Origin: the human T2T-CHM13v2.0 reference genome, Homo sapiens
NCBI RefSeq assembly: GCF_009914755.1
Contig: NC_060928.1
Direction: 5' to 3' (one strand)
Length of the DNA stretch: 64,000 bases
Shown in pieces: positions 1-15,424 of the stretch. Within the stretch, counting starts at the first letter, position 1, and each line of letters starts with the position of its first letter. The position numbers were made by a program, and so were the translations under genes. The notes beneath the pieces were generated by a model. That model had not been told where the DNA came from, did no database searches, and saw nothing but the letters and a program-made list of their open reading frames with translations.

Positions 1-265
1 TTCTGGTAGCCTTAGGTGTTCCTCGGCTTGTACATGATGTTGTCCCTGTGTCTTTACGTTGTCTTTCTCTAGGTGTGTCTTTGTCTCCCAATTTCCCCTT
101 TTTACAAGGACATCAGCCTTATTGGATTAGGGCCACCCTACTGACCCCATTTTAACTTGATTACTTCTAAAAAGACACTGTCTTCAAATAATGTTACATT
201 CTGAGATAGTAGGGGTGAGGACTTCAAGATACCTTTTGGTGGGGGACACAATTTAATCCCTGTCA
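1..265 (-). mobile_element. MLT1 (ERVL-MaLR) LTR, partial at window edge
   Basis: Typical MLT1 antisense motifs: attggattagggcccaccct, ttaacttgattac, ggggacacaatt. Confidence 0.75.
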
Positions 266-290
266 AATGTCTGCTTGAATATGAAGGAAT

Positions 291-431
291 TTTCTTCTTT
301 TCTTTTTTTTCAAGTAGAGACAGGGTCTCACTATGTTATCCAGGCTGCTCTCAAACTCCTGGGCTCAAGCAGTCCTCCTGCTTTGGCCTCCTCAAGTGCT
401 GGGATTACAGGAGTAACCACCTCACCTGGTC
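291..431 (-). mobile_element. Alu left monomer (FLAM/AluJ-like)
   Basis: T-rich tail, then gagacagggtctcactatgtt...ctcaagcagtcctcctg...gtgctgggattacagg. Confidence 0.85.
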
Positions 432-648
432 TGCTTTCTTTCCCTCCCTTCCCCTCCCTTTCCATCCCCTCCCTTTCCTTCCCCTGCCTTTCCTTCCCCT
501 CCCTTTCCTTCCCCTCCCTTATCTTCCCCTCCCCTCCCCTCCCTCATTTCCTTCCCTTCTCCCCGCTTCCCTTGCCTTCTCTTCACTTCTCCCCTCCTTC
601 CCCTCCCCTCCCTTCCCCTTCCCTTCCCTCTTTTCTTTCTTTTCTTTC
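432..648. repeat. Polypyrimidine low-complexity tract (CCCTT/CCTTT-like)
   Basis: About 215 nt almost entirely C/T; gives rise to the Pro/Ser/Phe ORF 275-709. Confidence 0.95.
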
Positions 649-793
649 AACAGGCTCTCTCTCTGTCACCCTGGCTGGAGTGCAGTGGCATGATCATAGC
701 TCATTGTAACCTCAAACACCTGGCCTCAAGCAATTCTCTCGCTTCAGCCCCACAAAGTGTTAGGATTACAGTCATAAGCCACCATGCCCAGCC
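649..793 (-). mobile_element. Alu monomer (FRAM-like or arm-recombined AluJ)
   Basis: ctctgtcaccctggctggagtgcagtggcatgatcatagctca...gccaccatgcccagcc. Confidence 0.8.
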
Positions 794-1299
794 TAGAAAT
801 TTTCTTCCTATGACTGCAAATAATTTCAGTCCCAAAGGCTTTTAGATGATTGCAGGAAGAATCTCACAAGAATTATTTATTTCATAATGATATTGTTCTT
901 CTCATTTATTTTGGGCTATAACATAGAGCAATACATTTACCATCTTTCTTGCTATTTGGCCAGGTAGTTGCAGAGTAGCCTGTTGTGCCTTTTGACCTTC
1001 AATGCCCTGAATATAGCTTACAGAATGTGAGATGTTATGAAAGAATCTATAATGGGGGACCTCAGAACTTTCTAACTGGTAGATGAATTGAAGATGGACT
1101 CATCTAATTGAAGATGAATAACTTGCCTCTTCCCCAACCCCCAGTTCTCTTCTTACCTTACTTTTACTCCCTGTTGCAAGAGGGAGTTTGAATATAATTC
1201 AAGAAGATGCTCCTAGTAACAGGAAATTCCTTCATTTGAGGATTCTGGTGGGCTAGACCACAGTAGGTTATGAAGCAAATTTGAGAACAGTAAGATTAA

Positions 1300-1675
<376 letters not shown>

Positions 1676-2899
1676 TGAAATCAATATTAGGAAAACATCC
1701 TGGTCAAGGTTATGCAACTCATGTGATCTTGGAGAAGTATATTCACCTTTTGTTTAGTAAGTGTTCATTGTGAGCATTGGGTCACTAGGTGATTTCTCAG
1801 ATACCTTCTAGCTTAAAGTCCCATGATTTCAGGGACAGTTAGACAGTAATGATTTAGGTCAATGCTTAAATGTGTGTGTTTAGTAAGAAGTTGTAAAAGG
1901 TGTTGGGTAAGATATTTAATATAATCTATGAAAACATAAATGACCATTTGGTGCATTCAGGCTTACAGTATAATACTGCAGGCAGATAATATGAAGAAAC
2001 TAATTGGGAGTATTTGGTTGAAAGAAATACAAGAAAGGAAATAAGATTATATTTGATTGAAAGAGGAAAAAAGGAATAAAATCACTCAGAAACTTACCTT
2101 TGGTAACGTAGGCAGGGCAGTGGTCTGGAGGGCCAGTTACACTAGCTCCTTCACTGCAGCTTTGATCAGCAACCATACCTGTATTCTTATTACTGATCAA
2201 GTGTTTTTCTGCAGCCAAATTCTTACTTTCACCATAAGCTGAAATACTCCTAAACACAGAAGAAAAAAAGATTAGACTGAAGTCCTTTGTTTTCTGGGAG
2301 ATTAGCACAGGGATCTAATTAGGGGAACTTGTGATTTCCAGTCTCTGCTCTTGTAACCAACTGTTGCCTCTCCCTAAATAAGCTTGTGGAACTTCACTCT
2401 GCTCACTAGGATATGAGACAGTGGGATTTTCATTGGTGTATGCCCAAGGATAAGTTGGAGTTCTTTGAAGGAGTCAGATAGCCTGCTGGGGCCTGCTGGA
2501 AGAACGGTACAAGCCTCCCTGCAGCTGTTGGTGTGCTGTGTGACTAATACAAGATGTTGATTTCAAGGACCATCTGGAATGGAGGCAAACCAATAAATTC
2601 ATTTTAGCGGACTGGTAAAATTCTTTGCAAGCCCGGCTTTTGATTTTTTTTTTTTGGAATTCCATTCTTTGAAGTTAGAATTCTTTGGGGAAGGGGTTGG
2701 GTTGACCATAAGGCATGATCTTTCATTTATTCACTACTGACTAGTACAAATAATAATATGGTACACTGTGACATGCAGTGTATTATAGCCTTGAACAAAG
2801 GACTGTGGGCATAGTGGATAGCAAAATTGATTAGTCCTAATAGGGGAGCACAGTCCCTGGTAGTTCTGCTTGTGACAAGTGAGGGCAGGCTTCCAAAAG

Positions 2900-3300
2900 G
2901 ATATATCATTTAGCTGGATCTTGAAAGATAGATAGAAAGTAAAAACTCACCAGATGGAGAAGTGAAAAGAAGGTCCAGGTAGAGAGAGAATCATGTACAA
3001 AGAAAGCATTTGGTGTATTCAGAATCCAGCGTCCTTGGGGTTTGGGATTTGTAGTGAGGAGTGGTAAGCCAAACCCCTGGAAAGAGGGTAGGTTAGGGCT
3101 AGATTATGAAAGATGTTGAATATTGTGCCAAGCTAGGGAGTTGAACTTGATCCTGTAGTTAAGAGGGAGACACTGTAAATTTTGAAGCATGATCAGATCC
3201 GCATTTTAGAATGATCAACCCGACAGCCACATGAAGAATGGATTGGAAAGTACAAAATTGCAGTCAGGAAAATGAATTTGGAAGCTATTGAAATACTTCA
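2900..3300 (-). mobile_element. L2 LINE fragment
   Basis: Degenerate L2-like motifs (gctggatcttgaaagatagatagaa, gatcagatccgcattttagaatgatc); boundaries approximate. Confidence 0.6.
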
Positions 3301-3467
3301 CGGAAGAAAAGCCACAACAGTATGTTTGGTGTACATATTTGTTATTAAGGGGAAAAAAGAATATAAGTTAAGATTTTCTTGTAAATGCATACAAATATAT
3401 TGAGAGGTTCACATAAAACAGCAGTATTTTGAGGAAGGGGAAATTGGCTTGAGGAATGGGGTAGGAA

Positions 3468-4604
3468 GAAGAATTTATTACTAATACTCCAAAAGCAAAT
3501 GCAGCAAAAACCAAAATAAATAAATGGGACATAATTAAACTGAAGATTTTCTGCACAGCAAAAGAAATAATCATCAGAGTAAACAGACAACCCACAGAAT
3601 GGGAGAAAATATTTGTAAACTATACATCTAAGAAAGGACTCATATTCAGAATCTGCAAGGAACTCAAACAAATCAGCAAAAAAAATTAAAAAATAAAATA
3701 AAAAAACTCCAAAACCCAAATAATCCCATGAAAAAGTGGGCAAATGACATGAACAGACATTTCTCAAAAGAGGATGTACAAATGGCCAAGAAACATGTGA
3801 AAAAAGGCCCACTATTACTAATTATTAGGAAAATGCAAATTAAAACCACAGTTCACCACCTACTACCTTACCCGAGCCAGAATGGCTATTATTAAAAAGT
3901 CAAAAAACAGTAGATGTTGGCATAGATGTGGTGAATACAGAACACTTTTACACTGCTGGTGGGAATGTAAATTAGTACACCCTCCATAGAAAACAGTATG
4001 GAGATTGTTTAAAGAACTAAAAGTAGATATACCATTCAACCCAGCAATCCCACTACTGGCTATCTACCCAAAGAAAAAGAAGTCATTATATCAAAATGAT
4101 GCCTGCACGCATATGTTTTTTGCAGCACAATTCACAGTTGCAAAGATATGGAGCCAATCTGAGTTCCCATCAACCAATGAATGGATAAAGAAACTGTGGT
4201 ATATATACATATCACAGAATACTACTCAGCCATAAAAAGAAATGAAATAATGTCTTTTGCAATGACTTGGATGAAGCTGGAGGCTGTTATTTTAATTGAA
4301 ATAACACAGGAATGGAAAGTCAAATAATGTATGTTCTCACAAGTGGGAACTAAGCTATGGGTATGCAAAGACATACAGAGTGGTATAATGCACTTTGGAG
4401 ACTCTGAAGTGGGGAGAGTGGGAGGGAAGTGAAGATTAAAAACTACGTATTGGGTACGGTGTATGCTACTTGGGTAAGAGGTGCACTGAAATCTCAGAAT
4501 TCACCACTATATAATACATCCATGTAACCAAAAACCACTTGTACCCCAACAACAATTGAAATAAATATATGTAGACATATAAGGTAAATAAAAATAAATT
4601 TAAA
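3468..4604 (+). mobile_element. L1PB-type LINE-1, 5'-truncated (ORF2 end and 3'UTR)
   Basis: ORF2 C-terminal homology ([15 protein letters not shown] in ORF 4005-4235); 3'UTR aaatctcagaattcaccact...catccatgtaaccaaaaaccacttgtacccc; A-rich tail. Confidence 0.9.
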
Positions 4605-4684
4605 AGAATTCACTTTATGCCTTTTTTAACTTTGAATTTTTTCACCTCTGGGAATATCTTACCTGTTTAAAAATTAAATTAAAG

Positions 4685-5018
<334 letters not shown>

Positions 5019-5279
5019 TTAATTAAATTAAAGAAATAAAAGTTAAGAAACCAGTAAACTTAAAAAAAAAAAAAAGCAGCAGATCTTCACCTTATAATGG
5101 CCATGGTAAAATCTCCTGAGTAGAAGTTCTTGAAGATGTTGACAGTAGGCAAGAGATAATGAGCACCTGAACTAAGGCAGTGTGGCTTTAATCTCTTTTT
5201 AAACCACAGGTTCATCTCTTTTTCGTTTTTCTTGATTCTTTTCTCTTTTTTTTTTTTCCTAATAACACCTTGAGTTTGT

Positions 5280-6530
<1,251 letters not shown>

Positions 6531-6540
6531 AATCTAGTTA

Positions 6541-6704
6541 ATTAGGAAAATGCAAATTAAAACCACAGGGAGGTACCTACCACCTTGCCCCAGCCAGAAT
6601 GGCTATTATTAAAAAGTCAAAAAACAATAGATGTTGGCATGGATGTGGTGAAAAGGGAATGCTTACACATGGCGGGTGGGAATGTAAATCAGTACAACCT
6701 CTAT
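6541..6704 (+). mobile_element. Isolated internal L1PB ORF2 fragment without tail
   Basis: Aligns by eye to 3824-3988 of the upstream L1PB. Confidence 0.85.
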
Positions 6705-7111
6705 ATTGTATAGTCTTATATTGACCTAATTTCTTTCTGTTTCTTTGGCTTAACCATGTACATACTTAATCCTGCTTCAAACATGTTTTTTCTTCAGTTG
6801 CTAGTTCTAGTTTACCACATAGTGTCTTTTGGCTTAAAGCCAGCTCTTCCAGCACAAGACTGCTCCTGGAAGCAGGTGACCTCACTATCTCCCTTACCTT
6901 GAAGCTGGGAGCCAACCCTTTACCCTGAAGTTGGGAGCCAACTGTCCTCAATTGGTAAAAGATCTGGAGAGGGTTGAGTGTCAGAGGATACAAGCCTTAG
7001 CCCATGTGCCCTTCAGTGTCCACCTGAAGTCTTCACTCTTTGGTCTCCACACACTTATTCTTGCAAGGAGATTAGCTCTTCATTTGTGATCTTCTCTCAA
7101 CATGGTTATTT

Positions 7112-7413
7112 ATTTATTTATTATTTTGAGATGGTGTCTTGCTCTCTTGCCCAGGCTGGAGTGCAGTGGCACGATCTTGGCTTACTGCAAAAACCTCTCC
7201 CTCTCGGGTTCAAGCAATTCTCCTGCCTCAGCCTCCCGGAGTAGCTGGGATTATAGTACGTACCACCATGCCTGGCTAATTTTTTTGTAGTTTTAGTAGA
7301 GACAGGGTTTCACCATGTTGGCCAGGCTAGTCTCAAACTCCTGACCTCAGGTGATCAACCCACCTAGGCCTCCCAAAGTGCTGGGATTACAGGCGTGAGC
7401 CACCATGCCAGCC
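7112..7413 (-). mobile_element. Alu (S-type)
   Basis: Dimeric Alu; TSD tcaacatggttattt at 7097-7111 and 7414-7428. Confidence 0.95.
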
Positions 7414-8612
7414 TCAACATGGTTATTTTTTGAATAAAGACATTTTGATTGAATATTCCTCTTCTATGTCTTTCTCATCTTGATCTTTATCTGTTCTCTT
7501 TCCTCCATCTCTTCTGCCTCCCTGAACCCGTTTCTTCTTATCTGCCTTCCATTTATTTCTCTCATCTTCTATTTCTCTTCCATATTTCTCTTTCCCCAAG
7601 TACCCCTTATTCTTTGTATAATATTTGATTTTGAGTCTTAGGGGTGCCTAAAATCTTATTATAAAGGGAAAAAATCATACAGCTTAATTACTAGGCTTGA
7701 TTAGGTAGAAATATTTAGGACTTCCCTTTTGTTCATCATTGTGAAAGTGAGACAGGAATGACCAGTTAGTGAAGCGGGATTATCATGCCCAGTCTATCTA
7801 ATGTCTTCCTGGACCTTTAGGAAGTAATTCAAGATCATAACATTAGCTGTGAAATAATTTTTGAGATATTACTGTATAATACAAGGAAGTCTCCATTTTT
7901 AGGTAGAACCCATTCTTGGAAGTCACATCTTCAAGCTGTTGCTGTAAGGCAGAATCCTAAATTTGCTTTCTATCCTGCTCTTCAACTTTCTCCTTATCCA
8001 TTTAGATATTATTCAGTGTCACCAGAAAATGCAATGAATGTGTGAATGGAACCCTGAAAGTGAAATATTGGGCCTGAATGAGCAAAATAGCAAAAGTGAA
8101 GTCGTAAGAAGTGGGGCCTTCTTATCCACATACCATTGGGTCACGTTGGGTTTTCTACCAAGGTTGGAGTCATATTCATTAAGGGCAGGAATCATGCCTT
8201 AATCATCATTGAATGTAGGACTCTGACTATCCCAGAGGAGGCACGTTATAAATATTTGATGATTTGGTGAACTAAACTAGACCAAACCATCTCATTAGAT
8301 GGGCACATTGTTTGGGATCTAGGAATTGTGTTGTGAGATTGGTGGTTGATTTAGATCACCTTTCAGTCCTGGTATATTGCGCTGCAGATCAGCTGCTGAG
8401 AATGAGAGAGGAGAAACGCAGATACAAGAACTATGAAGTGAGTTTTCTTGGCCCTTTTGCGTTGGCTCAATTAACCTCCATTCCTTAGGGACTCCAGAGG
8501 ACTATAGTGCAATAAATTTCATTATGATGATTCAGAGTCAGCAAAAAAGGGTAAAATTATGTTGTGTATGCTCTGTTGCTAAGAGAAAATTTGAGAAATC
8601 CATTTAAGATAG

Positions 8613-9149
8613 TGCTATAGTTTTGATGTTTGTCCCCCAAACCTCATGTTGAAATTTGATCCCCAGCATTGGAGGTGGGGCCTAATGTGAGGTGTTTGGG
8701 TCATGGTAGGGGGTGAATCCCTCATGAATAGATGAATGCCCTCCCTGTGGGGCAAGGGAAGGTGAGTGAGTTCGCTATTTGTTCCCAGGAGCTGGTTGTT
8801 AAAAAGAGCCTGGCACCTGCCTTCCTTCCCTCTTTCTTTCCCTCTCCTTCACACCTCTCTCTCTCTGTGTGTGTCTCTTTCTCTCTCTCTCTCTCTGTCT
8901 CTCTCTCTCTCTCTCCCTTCCTTCCTCCCTGTGGCTTCTTCTCCTTTGCCATGTGATCACCACACTTACCAGCGTCCCTTTGCCTTACACCATAAGTGGA
9001 AGTAGCCCGACACCTCACCAGAAGCCAAGCAGATACTGGCACCATACTTCTTACACAGCCTGCAGATCTGTGAGCCAAATAAAGCTCCTCTCTTTATAAA
9101 TTACTCAACCTTGGATGTTCCTTTATAGCAACACAAATGGACTAAAACA
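8613..9149 (+). mobile_element. MSTB-like MaLR solo LTR with internal (CT)n
   Basis: Begins tgctatagttt...cctcatgttgaaatttgatcccc, ends ctttatagcaacacaaatggactaaaaca; AATAAA near the 3' end. Confidence 0.88.
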
Positions 9150-9576
9150 GGATTCCAGTAAAAGTGGTCAACATAATGTGAGAGATGTACTTTTGTTAAC
9201 TCAAAATCTGCTACTTCCTGCAGTCAGATAAGCAAGTTGTTGCTGTAAATACTGTGACTATTATATAAAGAACTCATTTTCTTTTTCTGCTTGTAACATT
9301 TCTTCTGAACATGAACATTATGGAATAATCATAGCCAGACACAGTACAAAAGTGCTGGAAAATTTCAGGTGTGGGACACAAAGGTGGGTAAAAAGAATCT
9401 CACCTTCACTGATAGATACACTAAGTTAGAATGTTAAGTGATAAAGTCATACAACAACATATCATCAGTAACAAGGAAACTTCCTGGTCTTTCTGAATCT
9501 ACTGGCAGCTTCTGGGTCTCCCTTGCCAAAAATTACTTTACGATCCCCTTATAAAAGGCAGAACTAGATTTTAGAG

Positions 9577-9757
9577 CAGAGATCGACCAACTTTTATAAA
9601 GGGCCAGATAGTAAATATTTTAGGCTTTACGGGCCACATAGACCGGCTGCAGCTGTTCAACTCCATCTTCGCAGTGCACAGATAGCCACAGGCAGGGCTT
9701 AAACAAATGGGTATTCCAACAAAACTCTATTTACGAAAACAAATATGGGCCACACTT
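9577..9757. mobile_element. MER58A-like hAT-Charlie DNA transposon remnant
   Basis: aaagggccagatagtaaatattttaggcttt...caacaaaactctatttacgaaaac. Confidence 0.8.
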
Positions 9758-10501
9758 TGATTTAGAGAATCACCTGGGTTTTTGAAATGAGTGCTCTTTC
9801 TCATGATCAGCAACAAGTGTGTTATATCTGGCAATACACACTGCCTTACAGAAGGTAACTGTGTTCTAGGACACAATCCACCAGTGGTCTACCTGGTCGT
9901 ATTCTCTTTCTTTTTTTCTTTCCCTCTCCCTGCCTCTTAGGAAGCGCTTAACCTCTACCTGTAGTTTAGACCTGGCTCAGTATTGAGGCTAATTCTTTAC
10001 AAAGCAGGATATATGTAAGGAGCATCAGGTCAGTCATGCTGCGTGTTCTCCTTTCAGTGTATACCCAATTTCAGGTCCTAGGCCCCTACCCTGTCCCTGC
10101 CTTGGAGCCTTCCTGGTACCCCCGTTACTCCAAGACTGAAATTCTGCCTTTCCCCCTAACCCCGGTCATTTCAGGGACCGTGTCCTCATATGATGCTAGG
10201 CAGTGTATAGAAACAAAAATATACCTGACTTTTGTTACTGTGTACTTAATCTGTACTGGACAATGGTGTATGTGCATGGATAAAAGTATATTATAACACT
10301 CTTTATGAGAAAAAAATTTGGTCTTCTAACAGAAACAAGACTTCAGTACGTTAAACTTAACAACTATGATTTACTGTAAATTATATTGAGTACAATTAAA
10401 TGTTAAAATATATAGTTCAGTCATTAATTGCTTAGGTGGAAGGTTACATCTACCAGACACATGTGCTGAGCCTTGAAGGTTATACAGAATTTGCCTAAGT
10501 C

Positions 10502-10650
10502 GGCCAGGATGGTAGCTCATGCCTGTAATCCCATAATCGCAGCACTTTGGGAGGCCAAGGTGGGAGGATCGCTGGAGCCCAGGAGTTCAAGACCAGCCTG
10601 GTTAACATAACGAGACACCATCTCTACCAAAAAAAAAAAAAAAAAAAAGA
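10502..10650 (+). mobile_element. Alu left monomer (FLAM_C-like) with long A tail
   Basis: ggccaggatggtagctcatgcctgtaatccc...gagcccaggagttcaagaccagcctgg followed by about 20 A. Confidence 0.9.
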
Positions 10651-10844
10651 ATTCCAGGTGAGGGTGTTACTGTTGTTATGAGGGAAGCAGCTAGTGTGGG
10701 TTGCGGAGAAATCGGAGAGAAGGTCAGACAGATGAAGGCACCAGATTGAGGAGGACCTGAAAAGCCACACTGAGGTTGTGGAGTTTTATCAAGAGGACAG
10801 CAGAGAACATCTGATGATACTTTATGTAGGTTAGTGAAAAGTAT

Positions 10845-11085
10845 ATTGTGATAGAAGAATGATGGGCTAAAACCCAGAAGTTAAAGGTTCCTGTTTCAAT
10901 CCTGCCATTTATTAACTAGGAGACCTTGGAGTCATCATATAAAATCCTTGAGCCTATGTATTTGACAAACGACAAGTACATATCACAGAGATGTCATGAG
11001 GATAAAGTGAGAAAATAGTTGTGAAAAATGTTTTGAAAGTCATACATAAGGTTCTCCACAAATGTAAGAAATTGCAATGATATTA
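10845..11085 (+). mobile_element. MIR SINE
   Basis: aatcctgccatttattaactaggagaccttgg...gtcatgaggataaagtgagaaaata. Confidence 0.65.
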
Positions 11086-11185
11086 TAACAGTGGTGATGC
11101 AGGAAGATTATGCTTGCAGGCATAAACAAAATGAATTGTAATGGGGGAAGTTAAACAGCAGAGACAGCTCGTTTCAGTAGCACAG

Positions 11186-11574
11186 TGGGGTGGTTTGAAT
11201 GTATGTGTTTCTCCAAAATTCATTATGTTGGAACCTAATCCCCAAGGTGATGATATTAGAAGGTGGGGCCTTTCGGAGGTGGCTCTGCCCTTATGAATGG
11301 GATTCATGCCCTTTTTGCCTGGAGCCCCTTTTGCCCTTCCATCTCTTCCGCTCTTCGAGGACACCATGTTTGTCCCTTCTTTGCCCTTCTGCCATATGAG
11401 AAGGCAGCAAGAATGGGTCATTTGTGAGGAACAGGGCTTTCGCCAGACACTGAATATTCTGGCACCTTGATCTTGGACTTCCCAGCCTCTAGGACCATAA
11501 GAAATAAATGTTTATTGTTTATAAATTACAAAATCTAAGGTATTTTGTTTTAGCAGCCTGAATGGACTAAGATA
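11186..11574 (+). mobile_element. MLT1A/MSTD-like MaLR solo LTR
   Basis: tggtttgaatgtatgtgtttctccaaaattc...caccttgatcttggacttcccagcctc...tagcagcctgaatggactaaga. Confidence 0.85.
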
Positions 11575-13068
11575 CGTGTGAATGAACGGAAAAGGGCCTC
11601 TACCATGCTATGTATGGATTACCAACTGAGGAATAACTCAAGCACAATAAGAAATCCACAGTAAAACTGTATTGAACATATATCCTGATGCTTCTTAGCT
11701 GTTACAAATACCACCTCATGATCATCATTGTAAACATCCTTTCTAAATGTACTGTATGGTACCTTCTGAATAAAGGGAAGCTTGCCTTTTTGCAAACTCA
11801 GCCAGGGATAAGGTGTATAGCAGAATGCAGGAGCTCATTTTCATCTTCATTGCTTCCATTGCTACCCCTGCACAACTCTGTGATTTATCTCTGAATGTCT
11901 TATTATAGCTCTCCAGTACTCAGTTCCTTCTTAATGATGGAAAAACAACTAACAGGGTAAAACTTTGAGCAAATATTACTGCTTAGAATTAAATATTGCT
12001 TGGAAAAAGAAAAGCATGTCTTTATGTTTGCCCCTGCACTATGGATTTTCTGCTTATTATTTCCTTGTGTCTTTTATCTTCCCATTAAAGCATGAAAATA
12101 GTTCATATCTCTCCCCATCTGTTCACCACATTAATTGCCCTGGGCAGGAAGAACTTTCTTCAGTATAGGTCTTCTTCCTCTTTGTGGTTTTAAGTCCATT
12201 ACATGCCCCAGCTGCTTTACTGTTTGACATCTTAATCTTCTTATTGGTTTTGGGGTACGTCCTTGGTGACAGCTAAGCAGGTTAGGTATGGTGACTGAGG
12301 TGACCCTTAGCTCCTTTGATAAAAAGCATGCAGGCTTTTTCTGCACATAATGAATCTTGGGTGGTGATTTGGCCTTTTCAAGTTGAAAAGCAGGTATACA
12401 TCAATTGTTCTATTAAACAACATGTACTGAGCACTGCTATCTGTCTGTGGTGGCCCCGGTGGAGGACACAAGAGACACAGGGCATTGTTCCTACTCAAAA
12501 AGTAGTGATGTGTTAGAAAAGATGAAATTGAGTCAGAAGGTCTAGTTCTGCGCTAACTTGCCTCATAGCCTTGCTTTAGCTTCTTTTTCTAGAAAATGAA
12601 GGGATTGAACCTGAACAATGGTTTTCGAGCAGTGTTTCTGAAAGATTCTTGGCACTTAGGACCTGTCACAGAGGGCTGAGCTTAGGCTCCTAAGGTCTTC
12701 AAAGTGCTGCAAGTCTCTCTCTTGTATATATTAGGTTTCCATATAAACTTTCAAATAAAGGTCTTCAGAGCTGAAAGTATTTGCAAGCAAGTGGACTAAA
12801 TGGGTTCCAGCATTTCTTTCAATTCTCATTTTCTGTGAGCCTACAACTACAACAAAATATAACAACATAAATAAGTTTGTGCAAGGTATTGTGACATAGA
12901 ATTCAGTATCAGTTGTTCAACAAGTACTGACTAAATTCCTTGTCGATTGGAGAATGTCATCGCCTCTGAACATCATAGCTGTCTTCAGGTAGGTAGCTTA
13001 TGGACTTGGATCACCATATATATGTGGAATTTAATATGGTTGGTTGTCCTGGAAAATATAGAAAAGTA

Positions 13069-13099
<31 letters not shown>

Positions 13100-14698
13100 T
13101 TGTTAACAAACACTTTACCTAAAGAGAATCACTCTTACACTTCTTCTGATTTATTTTCCTTCTAGGCTATGTTCTTGTACATCATGATATTTTAACATAG
13201 TTTTGAAATACACACACACACTGGGTTTATCCTGGCTTTCTGTTTAACCCTAGAATATAGATTTTTTTCTAAGTGTCCCAAGAGAAGAGGCAGTATCTAT
13301 TGTCCAGCAATATGTATCCAACACATTGCTCGATGCCTGGACAATGGTAGGTGCTCAATGAATATTCACTAATGAAATTACTTGTTAAATAAATATCATG
13401 CAAATATAAAAATGTATGTTTCTGACTGTTCTCTAATATTAAAAGCTTCTGTTGCTTATCTTCTAAAGCTGACTGTAGGCTTGTGTAACCCAGCAGCTCC
13501 ACTCCTGTGAATACTCAGCAGAAATGCATGCATTTATTCACTGAGACATGCTGTAGAGTGTTATAGGACCAATACTAATAATAGGAAGAACGAGAAGCTA
13601 CCCAAATGCCTATCAACCTAAGTTGAGATAAATAAGCGGATTCACACAAGGAATGCAAAGTAGCAATGGTAATGAGCAGTCCACAAGCCAGATACAAAAG
13701 AGTGCATGCTACGTGCTTCCATTTACATAAAGTACAGGAAAAACCAAGTCAGGATAGGGAGCATGAGAAGAATTCTAGATGCTGCTGTTGGATTTCTTGA
13801 TCTGGATGCTGGTTTACTTGGTTGTGTCCATTTTTCAAAAACTCATCAAGTGTTAAAATGTGGCTGTTCTTTGACCCAGCAATTTAGGTATTCAGACTTT
13901 ATATACAAGCAGCTATAAAATGGACCTTCCAATGATTAAGTCACTAAAGAACATGTGTTGTGTATATGCTATGCACCATGAAGAAATACCTAAGGATGTA
14001 CAAAAAATATTAGTGAGTAATGGTGTTTATTGCAGTTATAATAAGTTCCAAACATGGAGAAAAATGCAAGCCAACTCAACTCTCCCACAGTAGGAGCATA
14101 TGTACAGTAATTCCGCCTTCCTGCTCCTTATCGCTTCGTGTTTCTGCTCCCCTATTCATTGCCAGGCAACCACTAATCTGCTTCCTGTCACTATAGATTA
14201 GTTTACATTTTCTAGAATTTTATATAATGGTATCATACAGTGTATTCTCTTTTTTATCTGCCTTTTTTAACTCAACATAATTATTCTGATTAACTCAGAT
14301 TCCTCTATGTTATAGCATGTACAAATGCTCTAACATTCCTTTTTATTGCCAAGTTAATTCCTTTTTATCGCCAAGTAGTATTCCATTGTTTGGATATACC
14401 ACAATTTGTTTATCCCCTCTTGATGGATATTTGGATTGTTTCCTATGTGGAGCTTCTGTGAATATTCTAGATGTCTTTCATTTTTGTTGGGCATGTTTTC
14501 ATTTCTCTTGGGTAAATACCTAGGAGTGAAATGGCTAGATCCTAAGGTAGATGTATGCTTAACTTTTTAAGCAATTACCCAAGTGTTTTCTAAAGTTGCA
14601 TTCCCGTCAGCAGTATATAAGGTCCCCTTTTGCCACATCCTTGCCAACAGTTAGCATATAGTGTCTTTGTAGTTTTAGCTAATGCAATAGGTGCTTAG

Positions 14699-15029
<331 letters not shown>

Positions 15030-15299
15030 TTAAAACATGCATCTTTCTTAATAACTAGTTTTGCAGAACATTTTTTTGTGTGCTTATTTACCATTTGTAT
15101 ATCTACTTTGTGAAATGTTCATTTCTTTTCTCAGTTTTTAATTAGATTATTTACTTATATTAAGTTGCGTTAGTTTTAAAATATATTTTGGACTCAAATG
15201 CTGTGTTAGGTATAGAATTTATCAATATCTTCTCCAAGTCTATAACTTATAATTTCAGTCTCTTAAAAGTATCTTTGGAAGGGCAGATTTTTAAATTTT

Positions 15300-15424
15300 T
15301 ATTTCATTTTAGTTTTAGAGACAGGGCCTTGCTATATTTCCCAGGCTGAACACCTGGGCTCAAGAGATCCACCTGCCTCAGTCTCCCGAGTAGCTGGGGC
15401 TATAGGCATGCATCACTGTGCATA
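15300..15424 (-). mobile_element. FLAM-like Alu monomer
   Basis: tagagacagggccttgctat...ctcaagagatccacctgcctcag...gtagctggggctataggc. Confidence 0.8.

Noticed and set aside
275-709. 144-aa Pro/Ser-rich ORF; likewise 55207-55542, 42647-43051 and 47361-47708
   Set aside because: These are produced by Alu plus simple-repeat tracts that lack stop codons.
12954-12994. ATG-led mini-ORF ending at CAG|gtaggt, a candidate first exon
   Set aside because: The donor is phase 2, incompatible with the phase-1 acceptor of the 54328 exon, and no promoter features are visible.
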